Assembly: GCA_964016885.1 (NCBI GenBank)
Contig: CAXHJY010001472.1
Coordinates: 62,001-126,000, forward strand
DNA length: 64,000 nt
Direction: 5' to 3'
Source of the DNA: Eledone cirrhosa
Taxonomy: Eukaryota
The stretch's first letter is position 1. Each line of letters opens with the position of its first letter. Shown here in pieces: positions 1 to 11,099 of this stretch. The position numbers and the translations under genes are program-made. The notes below the pieces were generated by a model. That model did not search any database. It was given only the letters and a program-made list of their open reading frames with translations, and was not told where the DNA came from.

Positions 1-25
1 CAGTGCAGTGCAGTGCAGTGCAGTG
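1..25 (+). repeat. (CAGTG)n pentanucleotide microsatellite, present in every unit with variable copy number
   Basis: Directly visible here and at about 3648, 7308, 14623 and 29235; a diverged version lies at about 39774. Confidence 0.95.
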
Positions 26-105
26 CAATTTAGTATGGTGCAGTTTAGTGGCACAGTACACTGTAAAACATTTAGCCAATCTCTCAGACATTTACAAATC
101 TTTCA

Positions 106-136
<31 letters not shown>

Positions 137-139
<3 letters not shown>

Positions 140-640
140 GAGAGAGAGAAATTACCCTCAGTAGATCAGACAGAGGGACCAGCTATTGAGATTAACGAAT
201 ATAGGGTCCAAGAGGCGATTAAGGAAATGAAAAATGGTGAGGCTGCTGGACCATCGGAGATAGTTGCTGAGATGCTGAAGGCCTCAGGGGACGTAGGCAC
301 TAAACTGGTTGCACACATCATCAATCAGGCTATATATGGCAGTGTCATACCCAAAGACTAGTGCAAAAGTAAAGGGGACGCTCTTGAGAGGAGAAATTAT
401 AGGGATATAAAACTGATGGATCAGGTTATGAAAGTGGCAGAAAGGATATTAGCACAACTAATTAGAGAAAGGGTCAAACTAGATGAGATGCAGTTTGGTT
501 TTGTGCCTGGGAATAGTACAACAGATGCCCTCTTCTTGATGAGACAATTACAAGAGAGGTTCTTAGAGAAAAATAAGCCACTATACTTAGCCTTTGTTGA
601 CCTAGAGAAGGCCTTTGATAGGGTACGCCGATCTGTCATC
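137..640 (+). mobile_element. RTE LINE (family A) fragment, N-terminal part of the RT; repeated in every unit
   Basis: Translates as KEMKNGEAAGPSEIVAEMLKA...NYRGIKLMDQVMKVAERI...QFGFVPGNSTTDA...LYLAFVDLEKAFDRV, typical non-LTR RT motifs; contains an in-frame stop and a deletion. Confidence 0.93.
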
Positions 641-802
641 TTATTATTTAACCTATAAATGGGGCCCCAACAGGTACTACTACACCAGGCCAGAGCAGAC
701 CTGGGAGTTATGACAACTAAGGGGGTAACTCCACGTTCCCCACAGTTCCTCCTGAACTTGAGCCTTGCCACTGGATGTAGTTTAATGTCATACCCAGGAC
801 AA
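641..802 (-). mobile_element. Short interspersed repeat fragment (SINE-like body, head missing) replacing the middle of the RTE RT; in every unit and at ~40428-40585
   Basis: A non-RTE block of about 160 bp (minus strand tgtcctgggtatgacattaaactacatcc...actcccaggtctgctctggcctggtgtagtagtacctgttggggccccatttataggttaaataataa) ending in an AAT-type tail. It resembles SINE bodies I associate with invertebrate genomes; the family is not assigned. Confidence 0.55.
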
Positions 803-877
803 ATATATACATACATATATATATACATACACACATATATATATATATATATATACATATATACAAATATATATATA

Positions 878-1347
878 TGCGTACGAAAGTGTGGTTACAT
901 GATGCCGATGCGAGATGTGCGACCCTGCATGGTAGTGAGACATGGACAGCAACTGCAGAGGGTATGCGATGGCTGGAGAGAAATGAAGCAAGCACGCTCC
1001 GTTGGATGTGCAATGTCAATGTGCGGGAACGACCAAGCATAAACGAGTTGAGAGAGAAACTGTGTTTAAGAGGGATAAGTTGTGGTGTGCAAGAGAGGAC
1101 TGAGATGGTATGGACATGTGATGCGCATGGAGGTTGAGCGCTGGGTAAAGAAGGGAGACGCAGTAGAGGAAGACCACGAAAAACATGGGTGGAGGTGGTG
1201 AGAGCCGACTTCAGATCGCTGAAACTCACCAAGGAGATGACGAAGGACCGTGACAAGTGAAGAGATGCTTTGCTCAAGAGGACCTGTCCCACCCTTTCAA
1301 GCAGGGAAAAGCGGACGTAAAATGATGAACAGACGATGATAATGATG
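878..1347 (+). mobile_element. RTE LINE (family A) 3' end with short tail and (GAT)n-like terminus; in every unit
   Basis: LHGSETW...LERNEASTLRWMCNV...RGRPRKTW, then ccctttcaagcagggaaaagcggacgtaaaatgatga; colinear with 56912-57345. Confidence 0.92.
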
Positions 1348-1410
1348 CTCTCTATATATCTATCTCTCTATCAATCTATCCAGATATCTGTGCATCAGTC
1401 TATCTATAAA

Positions 1411-1660
1411 CACCCTCCTGCACTTCTCACTCCGTCTCAGGATCACCGAGACATCACCAACAACCAACCCATGCTGTGGGAAACAGTCCTCCCCGGGGCA
1501 CACCCTGGTACTTCACACCATCTGTCTGTCTCGCTGCCTAACTACCGAGAAATCCGGCTTCTGTGCTTGCCTAATTTGTAGGTTATTAGGCAGTTGGCAG
1601 GTTTGCGGAAGTTGGTTTTGCAAATGGTTAAAACACTTGCATCACAAAATTCAAATAGCA
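1411..1660 (-). mobile_element. Inverted RTE AP-endonuclease fragment; in every unit
   Basis: The reverse complement (gaattttgtgatgcaagt...cctgccaactgcctaataacctacaaattaggcaagcacagaagcc...gttaggcagcgagacagacagatggtg...ccccgggga) aligns with plus-strand 1960-2145. Confidence 0.88.
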
Positions 1661-1677
1661 TCACTCCTTGTTTTATC

Positions 1678-1796
1678 TTTCTCGTCTTTACCTAGGCCTG
1701 CATAAGTTAGTGTTACGGTTAGTATTACTGTTAGCGTTACGGCTAGTTTTAGGGTTAATTGAGAGCAAGAAACTGCTGCTAGGTAAAGACAAGAAA
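1678..1796. repeat. 18-bp inverted repeat enclosing a degenerate (GTTAGN)9 tract; MITE-like; in every unit
   Basis: tttctcgtctttacctag (1678-1695) versus ctaggtaaagacaagaaa (1779-1796), 17/18 match; interior reads gttagt gttacg gttagt attact gttagc gttacg gctagt tttagg gttaat. Confidence 0.75.
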
Positions 1797-1802
1797 TTCT
1801 GC

Positions 1803-2625
1803 ATTTACAAGCAATTTTTACAAACAGCCACAATGACAGGACGGAGACATCGTTATGCTAGCAGGGGATTTCAATGGTCATGTTGGACAGCTCTACGATG
1901 GTTACACTGAGGTACATGTTGGGCACACTTACGGCTTAAGAAATGAAGCAGTGAAACTTCTTGAATTTTGCGATGCAATTGCACTAACCATCTACAACAC
2001 TAACTTACACAAATCTGCCAACCACCTAATAACCTACAAATCAGGCAAGCACATAAGCCAGATTGACTTCTTGCTAGTTAGGCAGCGGGACAGGCAGATG
2101 GTGTCAAATACAAAGGCATACCCCGGGGAAGAATGTACCCCAAGCAAGAGACTGAATGAGACATACAGGAAGGTGTGGAAAAAAGAAAGGTCTGGAAGCT
2201 AAAAGAGCTCTCACTAAAATACAAATTTAGGAAAGCCCTTCAATATGTGTATGATGAAAAAGAAGACCATTTAGAGTCGTACAACATAGATGATAACTGG
2301 AATTTCTTATGCGATACCTTACTGCAGGTTACTGATGAAACTTGTGGCTGGATCAGAGTTCCAACCAGACAGAGAGTGACATGGTGGTGGGACAGCACGG
2401 TAGATCGGGCCATTGGAGACTAAAGACTAGCATGGAATGCTTGCAAAATTAGTGCGAGTAGAGAAGAATATACAGCCGCTAAGAGAGAAGCTTGACGTCA
2501 GGTGTACTTAGCATGCAAGGAGGCTGCTCGACGACGTGCGCTGTTCCGTACTGCGAGGCAGTGTGTCAGTGCAAATCGGGATTAAGTCTGTCCGCAATGA
2601 TGCCGCTGTACTTTGTGTCACGAAT
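1803..2625 (+). mobile_element. RTE LINE fragment: C-terminal AP-endonuclease and linker; in every unit
   Basis: AGDFNGHVG, LLEFCDA, ITYKSG..SQIDFLLV, then VWKLK and RVTWWW; frameshifted. Confidence 0.93.
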
Positions 2626-2626
2626 G

Positions 2627-2781
2627 AGTGTTGATGAGTAGAAAAGAGGACAAAACTCTATTCCGTCAGGGAAATGGCCATGTTCGATATGCAGAAACGG
2701 AACTGGCATAAATTATATAAAACGTACACAAAAGATCGAGTGCGATAGCAGGCACGTAGTGGGATAGCAGGCAAACTAACA
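2627..2781 (+). mobile_element. RTE fragment from the zinc-finger region, fused to the preceding piece by a large internal deletion
   Basis: Aligns with 56521-56677 (gaggacaaaactct..tcagggaaatgg.catgttc...gtagtgggatagcaggcaaactaac). Confidence 0.85.
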
Positions 2782-2833
2782 GCATATTTTGATTATAATA
2801 AAACAAATAATAATAGTAATAATAATAATAATA

Positions 2834-3496
2834 ATCGTCATTGTTCTTTTCTTCTGTGCCTTTCTTTGCCTTCTCTGTCATCTGAATAACAAAAATAAAA
2901 GAAAAAAGAATCTTAAACATATGTTGCCTTTACAAAGTGCTGTGATCAAAGTAGCTTTTAAGCAATTTCCTAACTAACAAACAACATCAACAAAATATAT
3001 ACAAATATCTTTGAATGTCAAGTCCACCAAGAGAAAATAGTCATAATGTACTTACAGATACAATGCTAGGGATTCGCATCAATGAGTTTTAGTAGAAAAT
3101 GACTGACTGACTGTTGAGGGACAGAGGTGTGTTTTCAAATATTTATCAATTCACAACAAAGCCTCACAAAGCTACATCATAATGCAAACTCACAACACCC
3201 TTCTTATGCAACCTCACCAAGCAACCCCACAACACAACCTCACGTTCACAATTCACAACACTCAACAAGGCATTCGTTATCTAGGGTTTACAGTAAACAT
3301 AGCGAGGTAAAACACACCCAGTACACTCTGTAAAGTGGTCATTAGGTTAAGATTAAACTGAAATCATACCTCCATTGTCGTTGGCGTATATTTTCTCTAA
3401 AACTTAATTTCATTGCTTTCATTTCTCTTCTTTTTCTTCTATTCCATCTAAATATGAAAAAAATTATACAGGTCATTTCGTCTTATCAAGAGGTCC

Positions 3497-3527
<31 letters not shown>

Positions 3528-3614
3528 CCGATATAATACCTTAAAATAATGGTAAAAAAAGTGTTTAATTACGAAAATCCTTTGAAATAACATCCTCGCT
3601 CTTACTGGTCATAC
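2834..3614 (-). other. Candidate cluster of short spliced exons, probably non-coding, in every unit: 3614-3540, 3447-3370, 3110-3056, 2881->
   Basis: Minus-strand acceptors gttttgtgttttgcag, tttttttcatatttag, cctctgtccctcaacag and ttttatttttgttattcag; donors AAG|gtatta, GAG|gtatga and TCT|gtaagt. No long ORF after joining. Motif evidence only. Confidence 0.45.
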
Positions 3615-3767
3615 CTGCAAAACACAAAACACTAGCGTTAGAGTGAACAGTGCAGTGCAGTGCAGTGCAGTGCAGTGCAGTGTAGTGTAATTTAGTATGG
3701 TGCAGTTTAGTGGCACAGTACACTGTAAAACATTTAGCCAATCTCTCAGACATTTACAAATCTTTCA

Positions 3768-3803
<36 letters not shown>

Positions 3804-6800
3804 GAGAGAGAGAAATTACCCTCAGTAGATCAGACAGAGGGACCAGCTATTGAGATTAACGAATATAGGGTCCAAGAGGCGATTAAGGAAATGAAAAATG
3901 GTGAGGCTGCTGGACCATCGGAGATAGTTGCTGAGATGCTGAAGGCCTCAGGGGACGTAGGCACTAAACTGGTTGCACACATCATCAATCAGGCTATATA
4001 TGGCAGTGTCATACCCAAAGACTAGTGCAAAAGTAAAGGGGACGCTCTTGAGAGGAGAAATTATAGGGATATAAAACTGATGGATCAGGTTATGAAAGTG
4101 GCAGAAAGGATATTAGCACAACTAATTAGAGAAAGGGTCAAACTAGATGAGATGCAGTTTGGTTTTGTGCCTGGGAATAGTACAACAGATGCCCTCTTCT
4201 TGATGAGACAATTACAAGAGAGGTTCTTAGAGAAAAATAAGCCACTATACTTAGCCTTTGTTGACCTAGAGAAGGCCTTTGATAGGGTACGCCGATCTGT
4301 CATCTTATTATTTAACCTATAAATGGGGCCCCAACAGGTACTACTACACCAGGCCAGAGCAGACATGGGAGTTATGACAACTAAGGGGGTAACTCCACGT
4401 TCCCCACAGTTCCTCCTGAACTTGAGCCTTGCCACTGGATGTAGTTTAATGTCATACCCAGGACAAATATATACATACATATATATATACATACACACAC
4501 ATATATATATATATATACATATATACAAATATATATATGCGTACGAAAGTGTGGTTACATGATGCCTATGCGAGATGTGCGACCCTGCATGGTAGTGAGA
4601 CATGGACAGCAACTGCAGAGGGTATGCGATGGCTGGAGAGAAATGAAGCAAGCACGCTCCGTTGGATGTGCAATGTCAATGTGCGGGAACGACCAAGCAT
4701 AAACGAGTTGAGAGAGAAACTGTGTTTAAGAGGGATAAGTTGTGGTGTGCAAGAGAGGACTGAGATGGTATGGACATGTGATGCGCATGGAGGTTGAGCG
4801 CTGGGTAAAGAAGGGAGACGCAGTAGAGGAAGACCACGAAAAACATGGGTGGAGGTGGTGAGAGCCGACTTCAGATCGCTGAAACTCACCAAGGAGATGA
4901 CGAAGGACCGTGACAAGTGAAGAGATGCTTTGCTCAAGAGGACCTGTCCCACCCTTTCAAGCAGGGAAAAGCGGACGTAAAATGATGAACAGACGATGAT
5001 AATGATGCTCTCTATATATCTATCTCTCTATCAATCTATCCAGATATCTGTGCATCAGTCTATCTATAAACACCCTCCTGCACTTCTCACTCCGTCTCAG
5101 GATCACCGAGACATCACCAACAACCAACCCACGCTGTGGGAAACAGTCCTCCCCGGGGCACACCCTGGTACTTCACACCATCTGTCTGTCTCGCTGCCTA
5201 ACTACCGAGAAATCCGGCTTCTGTGCTTGCCTAATTTGTAGGTTATTAGGCAGTTGGCAGGTTTGCGGAAGTTGGTTTTGCAAATGGTTAAAACACTTGC
5301 ATCACAAAATTCAAATAGCATCACTCCTTGTTTTATCTTTCTCGTCTTTACCTAGGCCTGCATAAGTTAGTGTTACGGTTAGTATTACTGTTAGCGTTAC
5401 GGCTAGTTTTAGGGTTAATTGAGAGCAAGAAACTGCTGCTAGGTAAAGACAAGAAATTCTGCATTTACAAGCAATTTTTACAAACAGCCACAATGACAGG
5501 ACGGAGACATCGTTATGCTAGCAGGGGATTTCAATGGTCATGTTGGACAGCTCTACGATGGTTACACTGAGGTACATGTTGGGCACACTTACGGCTTAAG
5601 AAATGAAGCAGTGAAACTTCTTGAATTTTGCGATGCAATTGCACTAACCATCTACAACACTAACTTACACAAATCTGCCAACCACCTAATAACCTACAAA
5701 TCAGGCAAGCACATAAGCCAGATTGACTTCTTGCTAGTTAGGCAGCGGGACAGGCAGATGGTGTCAAATACAAAGGCATACCCCGGGGAAGAATGTACCC
5801 CAAGCAAGAGACTGAATGAGACATACAGGAAGGTGTGGAAAAAAGAAAGGTCTGGAAGCTAAAAGAGCTCTCACTAAAATACAAATTTAGGAAAGCCCTT
5901 CAATATGTGTATGATGAAAAAGAAGACCATTTAGAGTCGTACAACATAGATGATAACTGGAATTTCTTATGCGATACCTTACTGCAGGTTACTGATGAAA
6001 CTTGTGGCTGGATCAGAGTTCCAACCAGACAGAGAGTGACATGGTGGTGGGACAGCACGGTAGATCGGGCCATTGGAGACTAAAGACTAGCATGGAATGC
6101 TTGCAAAATTAGTGCGAGTAGAGAAGAATATACAGCCGCTAAGAGAGAAGCTTGACGTCAGGTGTACTTAGCATGCAAGGAGGCTGCTCGACGACGTGCG
6201 CTGTTCCGTACTGCGAGGCAGTGTGTCAGTGCAAATCGGGATTAAGTCTGTCCGCAATGATGCCGCTGTACTTTGTGTCACGAATGAGTGTTGATGAGTA
6301 GAAAAGAGGACAAAACTCTATTCCGTCAGGGAAATGGCCATGTTCGATATGCAGAAACGGAACTGGCATAAATTATATAAAACGTACACAAAAGATCGAG
6401 TGCGATAGCAGGCACGTAGTGGGATAGCAGGCAAACTAACAGCATATTTTGATTATAATAAAACAAATAATAATAGTAATAATAATAATAATAATAATCG
6501 TCATTGTTCTTTTCTTCTGTGCCTTTCTTTGCCTTCTCTGTCATCTGAATAACAAAAATAAAAGAAAAAAGAATCTTAAACATATGTTGCCTTTACAAAG
6601 TGCTGTGATCAAAGTAGCTTTTAAGCAATTTCCTAACTAACAAACAACATCAACAAAATATATACAAATATCTTTGAATGTCAAGTCCACCAAGAGAAAA
6701 TAGTCATAATGTACTTACAGATACAATGCTAGGGACTCGCATCAATGAGTTTTAGTAGAAAATGACTGACTGACTGTTGAGGGACAGAGGTGTGTTTTCA

Positions 6801-7417
6801 AATATTTATCAATTCACAACAAAGCCTCACAAAGCTACATCATAATGCAAACTCACAACACCCTTCTTATGCAACCTCACCAAGCAACCCCACAACACAA
6901 CCTCACGTTCACAATTCACAACACTCAACAAGGCATTCGTTATCTAGGGTTTACAGTAAACATAGCGAGGTAAAACACACCCAGTACACTCTGTAAAGTG
7001 GTCATTAGGTTAAGATTAAACTGAAATCATACCTCCATTGTCGTTGGCGTATATTTTCTCTAAAACTTAATTTCATTGCTTTCATTTCTCTTCTTTTTCT
7101 TCTATTCCATCTAAATATGAAAAAAATTATACAGGTCATTTCGTCTTATCAAGAGGTCCATTTAAAAAAAAAAAAAAAAAAAAAAACCCGAGATAATACC
7201 TTAAAATAATGGTAAAAAAAGTGTTTAATTACGAAAATCCTTTGAAATAACTTCCTCGCTCTTACTGGTCATACCTGCAAAACACAAAACACTAGCGTTA
7301 GCGTGAACAGTGCAGTGCAGTGCAGTGCAGTGCAGTGCAATTTAGTATGGTGCAGTTTAGTGGCACAGTACACTGTAAAACATTTAGCCAATCTCTCAGA
7401 CATTTACAAATCTTTCA

Positions 7418-7451
<34 letters not shown>

Positions 7452-10400
7452 GAGAGAGAGAAATTACCCTCAGTAGATCAGACAGAGGGACCAGCTATTG
7501 AGATTAACGAATATAGGGTCCAAGAGGCGATTAAGGAAATGAAAAATGGTGAGGCTGCTGGACCATCGGAGATAGTTGCTGAGATGCTGAAGGCCTCAGG
7601 GGACGTAGGCACTAAACTGGTTGCACACATCATCAATCAGGCTATATATGGCAGTGTCATACCCAAAGACTAGTGCAAAAGTAAAGGGGACGCTCTTGAG
7701 AGGAGAAATTATAGGGATATAAAACTGATGGATCAGGTTATGAAAGTGGCAGAAAGGATATTAGCACAACTAATTAGAGAAAGGGTCAAACTAGATGAGA
7801 TGCAGTTTGGTTTTGTGCCTGGGAATAGTACAACAGATGCCCTCTTCTTGATGAGACAATTACAAGAGAGGTTCTTAGAGAAAAATAAGCCACTATACTT
7901 AGCCTTTGTTGACCTAGAGAAGGCCTTTGATAGGGTACGCCGATCTGTCATCTTATTATTTAACCTATAAATGGGGCCCCAACAGGTACTACTACACCAG
8001 GCCAGAGCAGACCTGGGAGTTATGACAACTAAGGGGGTAACTCCACGTTCCCCACAGTTCCTCCTGAACTTGAGCCTTGCCACTGGATGTAGTTTAATGT
8101 CATACCCAGGACAAATATATACATACATATATATATACATACACACATATATATATATATATATACATATATACAAATATATATATGCGTACGAAAGTGT
8201 GGTTACATGATGCCGATGCGAGATGTGCGACCCTGCATGGTAGTGAGACATGGACAGCAACTGCAGAGGGTATGCGATGGCTGGAGAGAAATGAAGCAAG
8301 CACGCTCCGTTGGATGTGCAATGTCAATGTGCGGGAACGACCAAGCATAAACGAGTTGAGAGAGAAACTGTGTTTAAGAGGGATAAGTTGTGGTGTGCAA
8401 GAGAGGACTGAGATGGTATGGACATGTGATGCGCATGGAGGTTGAGCGCTGGGTAAAGAAGGGAGACGCAGTAGAGGAAGACCACGAAAAACATGGGTGG
8501 AGGTGGTGAGAGCCGACTTCAGATCGCTGAAACTCACCAAGGAGATGACGAAGGACCGTGACAAGTGAAGAGATGCTTTGCTCAAGAGGACCTGTCCCAC
8601 CCTTTCAAGCAGGGAAAAGCGGACGTAAAATGATGAACAGACGATGATAATGATGCTCTCTATATATCTATCTCTCTATCAATCTATCCAGATATCTGTG
8701 CATCAGTCTATCTATAAACACCCTCCTGCACTTCTCACTCCGTCTCAGGATCACCGAGACATCACCAACAACCAACCCATGCTGTGGGAAACAGTCCTCC
8801 CCGGGGCACACCCTGGTACTTCACACCATCTGTCTGTCTCGCTGCCTAACTACCGAGAAATCCGGCTTCTGTGCTTGCCTAATTTGTAGGTTATTAGGCA
8901 GTTGGCAGGTTTGCGGAAGTTGGTTTTGCAAATGGTTAAAACACTTGCATCACAAAATTCAAATAGCATCACTCCTTGTTTTATCTTTCTCGTCTTTACC
9001 TAGGCCTGCATAAGTTAGTGTTACGGTTAGTATTACTGTTAGCGTTACGGCTAGTTTTAGGGTTAATTGAGAGCAAGAAACTGCTGCTAGGTAAAGACAA
9101 GAAATTCTGCATTTACAAGCAATTTTTACAAACAGCCACAATGACAGGACGGAGACATCGTTATGCTAGCAGGGGATTTCAATGGTCATGTTGGACAGCT
9201 CTACGATGGTTACACTGAGGTACATGTTGGGCACACTTACGGCTTAAGAAATGAAGCAGTGAAACTTCTTGAATTTTGCGATGCAATTGCACTAACCATC
9301 TACAACACTAACTTACACAAATCTGCCAACCACCTAATAACCTACAAATCAGGCAAGCACATAAGCCAGATTGACTTCTTGCTAGTTAGGCAGCGGGACA
9401 GGCAGATGGTGTCAAATACAAAGGCATACCCCGGGGAAGAATGTACCCCAAGCAAGAGACTGAATGAGACATACAGGAAGGTGTGGAAAAAAGAAAGGTC
9501 TGGAAGCTAAAAGAGCTCTCACTAAAATACAAATTTAGGAAAGCCCTTCAATATGTGTATGATGAAAAAGAAGACCATTTAGAGTCGTACAACATAGATG
9601 ATAACTGGAATTTCTTATGCGATACCTTACTGCAGGTTACTGATGAAACTTGTGGCTGGATCAGAGTTCCAACCAGACAGAGAGTGACATGGTGGTGGGA
9701 CAGCACGGTAGATCGGGCCATTGGAGACTAAAGACTAGCATGGAATGCTTGCAAAATTAGTGCGAGTAGAGAAGAATATACAGCCGCTAAGAGAGAAGCT
9801 TGACGTCAGGTGTACTTAGCATGCAAGGAGGCTGCTCGACGACGTGCGCTGTTCCGTACTGCGAGGCAGTGTGTCAGTGCAAATCGGGATTAAGTCTGTC
9901 CGCAATGATGCCGCTGTACTTTGTGTCACGAATGAGTGTTGATGAGTAGAAAAGAGGACAAAACTCTATTCCGTCAGGGAAATGGCCATGTTCGATATGC
10001 AGAAACGGAACTGGCATAAATTATATAAAACGTACACAAAAGATCGAGTGCGATAGCAGGCACGTAGTGGGATAGCAGGCAAACTAACAGCATATTTTGA
10101 TTATAATAAAACAAATAATAATAGTAATAATAATAATAATAATAATCGTCATTGTTCTTTTCTTCTGTGCCTTTCTTTGCCTTCTCTGTCATCTGAATAA
10201 CAAAAATAAAAGAAAAAAGAATCTTAAACATATGTTGCCTTTACAAAGTGCTGTGATCAAAGTAGCTTTTAAGCAATTTCCTAACTAACAAACAACATCA
10301 ACAAAATATATACAAATATCTTTGAATGTCAAGTCCACCAAGAGAAAATAGTCATAATGTACTTACAGATACAATGCTAGGGACTCGCATCAATGAGTTT

Positions 10401-11065
10401 TAGTAGAAAATGACTGACTGACTGTTGAGGGACAGAGGTGTGTTTTCAAATATTTATCAATTCACAACAAAGCCTCACAAAGCTACATCATAATGCAAAC
10501 TCACAACACCCTTCTTATGCAACCTCACCAAGCAACCCCACAACACAACCTCACGTTCACAATTCACAACACTCAACAAGGCATTCGTTATCTAGGGTTT
10601 ACAGTAAACATAGCGAGGTAAAACACACCCAGTACACTCTGTAAAGTGGTCATTAGGTTAAGATTAAACTGAAATCATACCTCCATTGTCGTTGGCGTAT
10701 ATTTTCTCTAAAACTTAATTTCATTGCTTTCATTTCTCTTCTTTTTCTTCTATTCCATCTAAATATGAAAAAAATTATACAGGTCATTTCGTCTTATCAA
10801 GAGGTCCATTTAAAAAAAAAAAAAAAAAAAAAAACCCGAGATAATACCTTAAAATAATGGTAAAAAAAGTGTTTAATTACGAAAATCCTTTGAAATAACT
10901 TCCTCGCTCTTACTGGTCATACCTGCAAAACACAAAACACTAGCGTTAGCGTGAACAGTGCAGTGCAGTGCAGTGCAGTGCAGTGCAATTTAGTATGGTG
11001 CAGTTTAGTGGCACAGTACACTGTAAAACATTTAGCCAATCTCTCAGACATTTACAAATCTTTCA

Positions 11066-11099
<34 letters not shown>

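Noticed and set aside
421-1292. Minus-strand ORFs of 128-191 aa in each unit
   Set aside because: Antisense shadows of RTE coding sequence joined through microsatellite.
1705-1760. Interstitial telomere
   Set aside because: Only one exact TTAGGG; the tract is short and degenerate.
2666-2977. Membrane-protein-like ORF (MIIIKQIIIVIIII...) and poly-Tyr ORF in each unit
   Set aside because: Produced by an (AAT)n tract; non-ATG start on the plus strand; no family resemblance.
3370-3614. Reading TAA/TAG as Gln (ciliate-type code) to open the candidate exons
   Set aside because: A TGA stop or frameshift is still needed, and the surrounding elements are consistent with the standard code.
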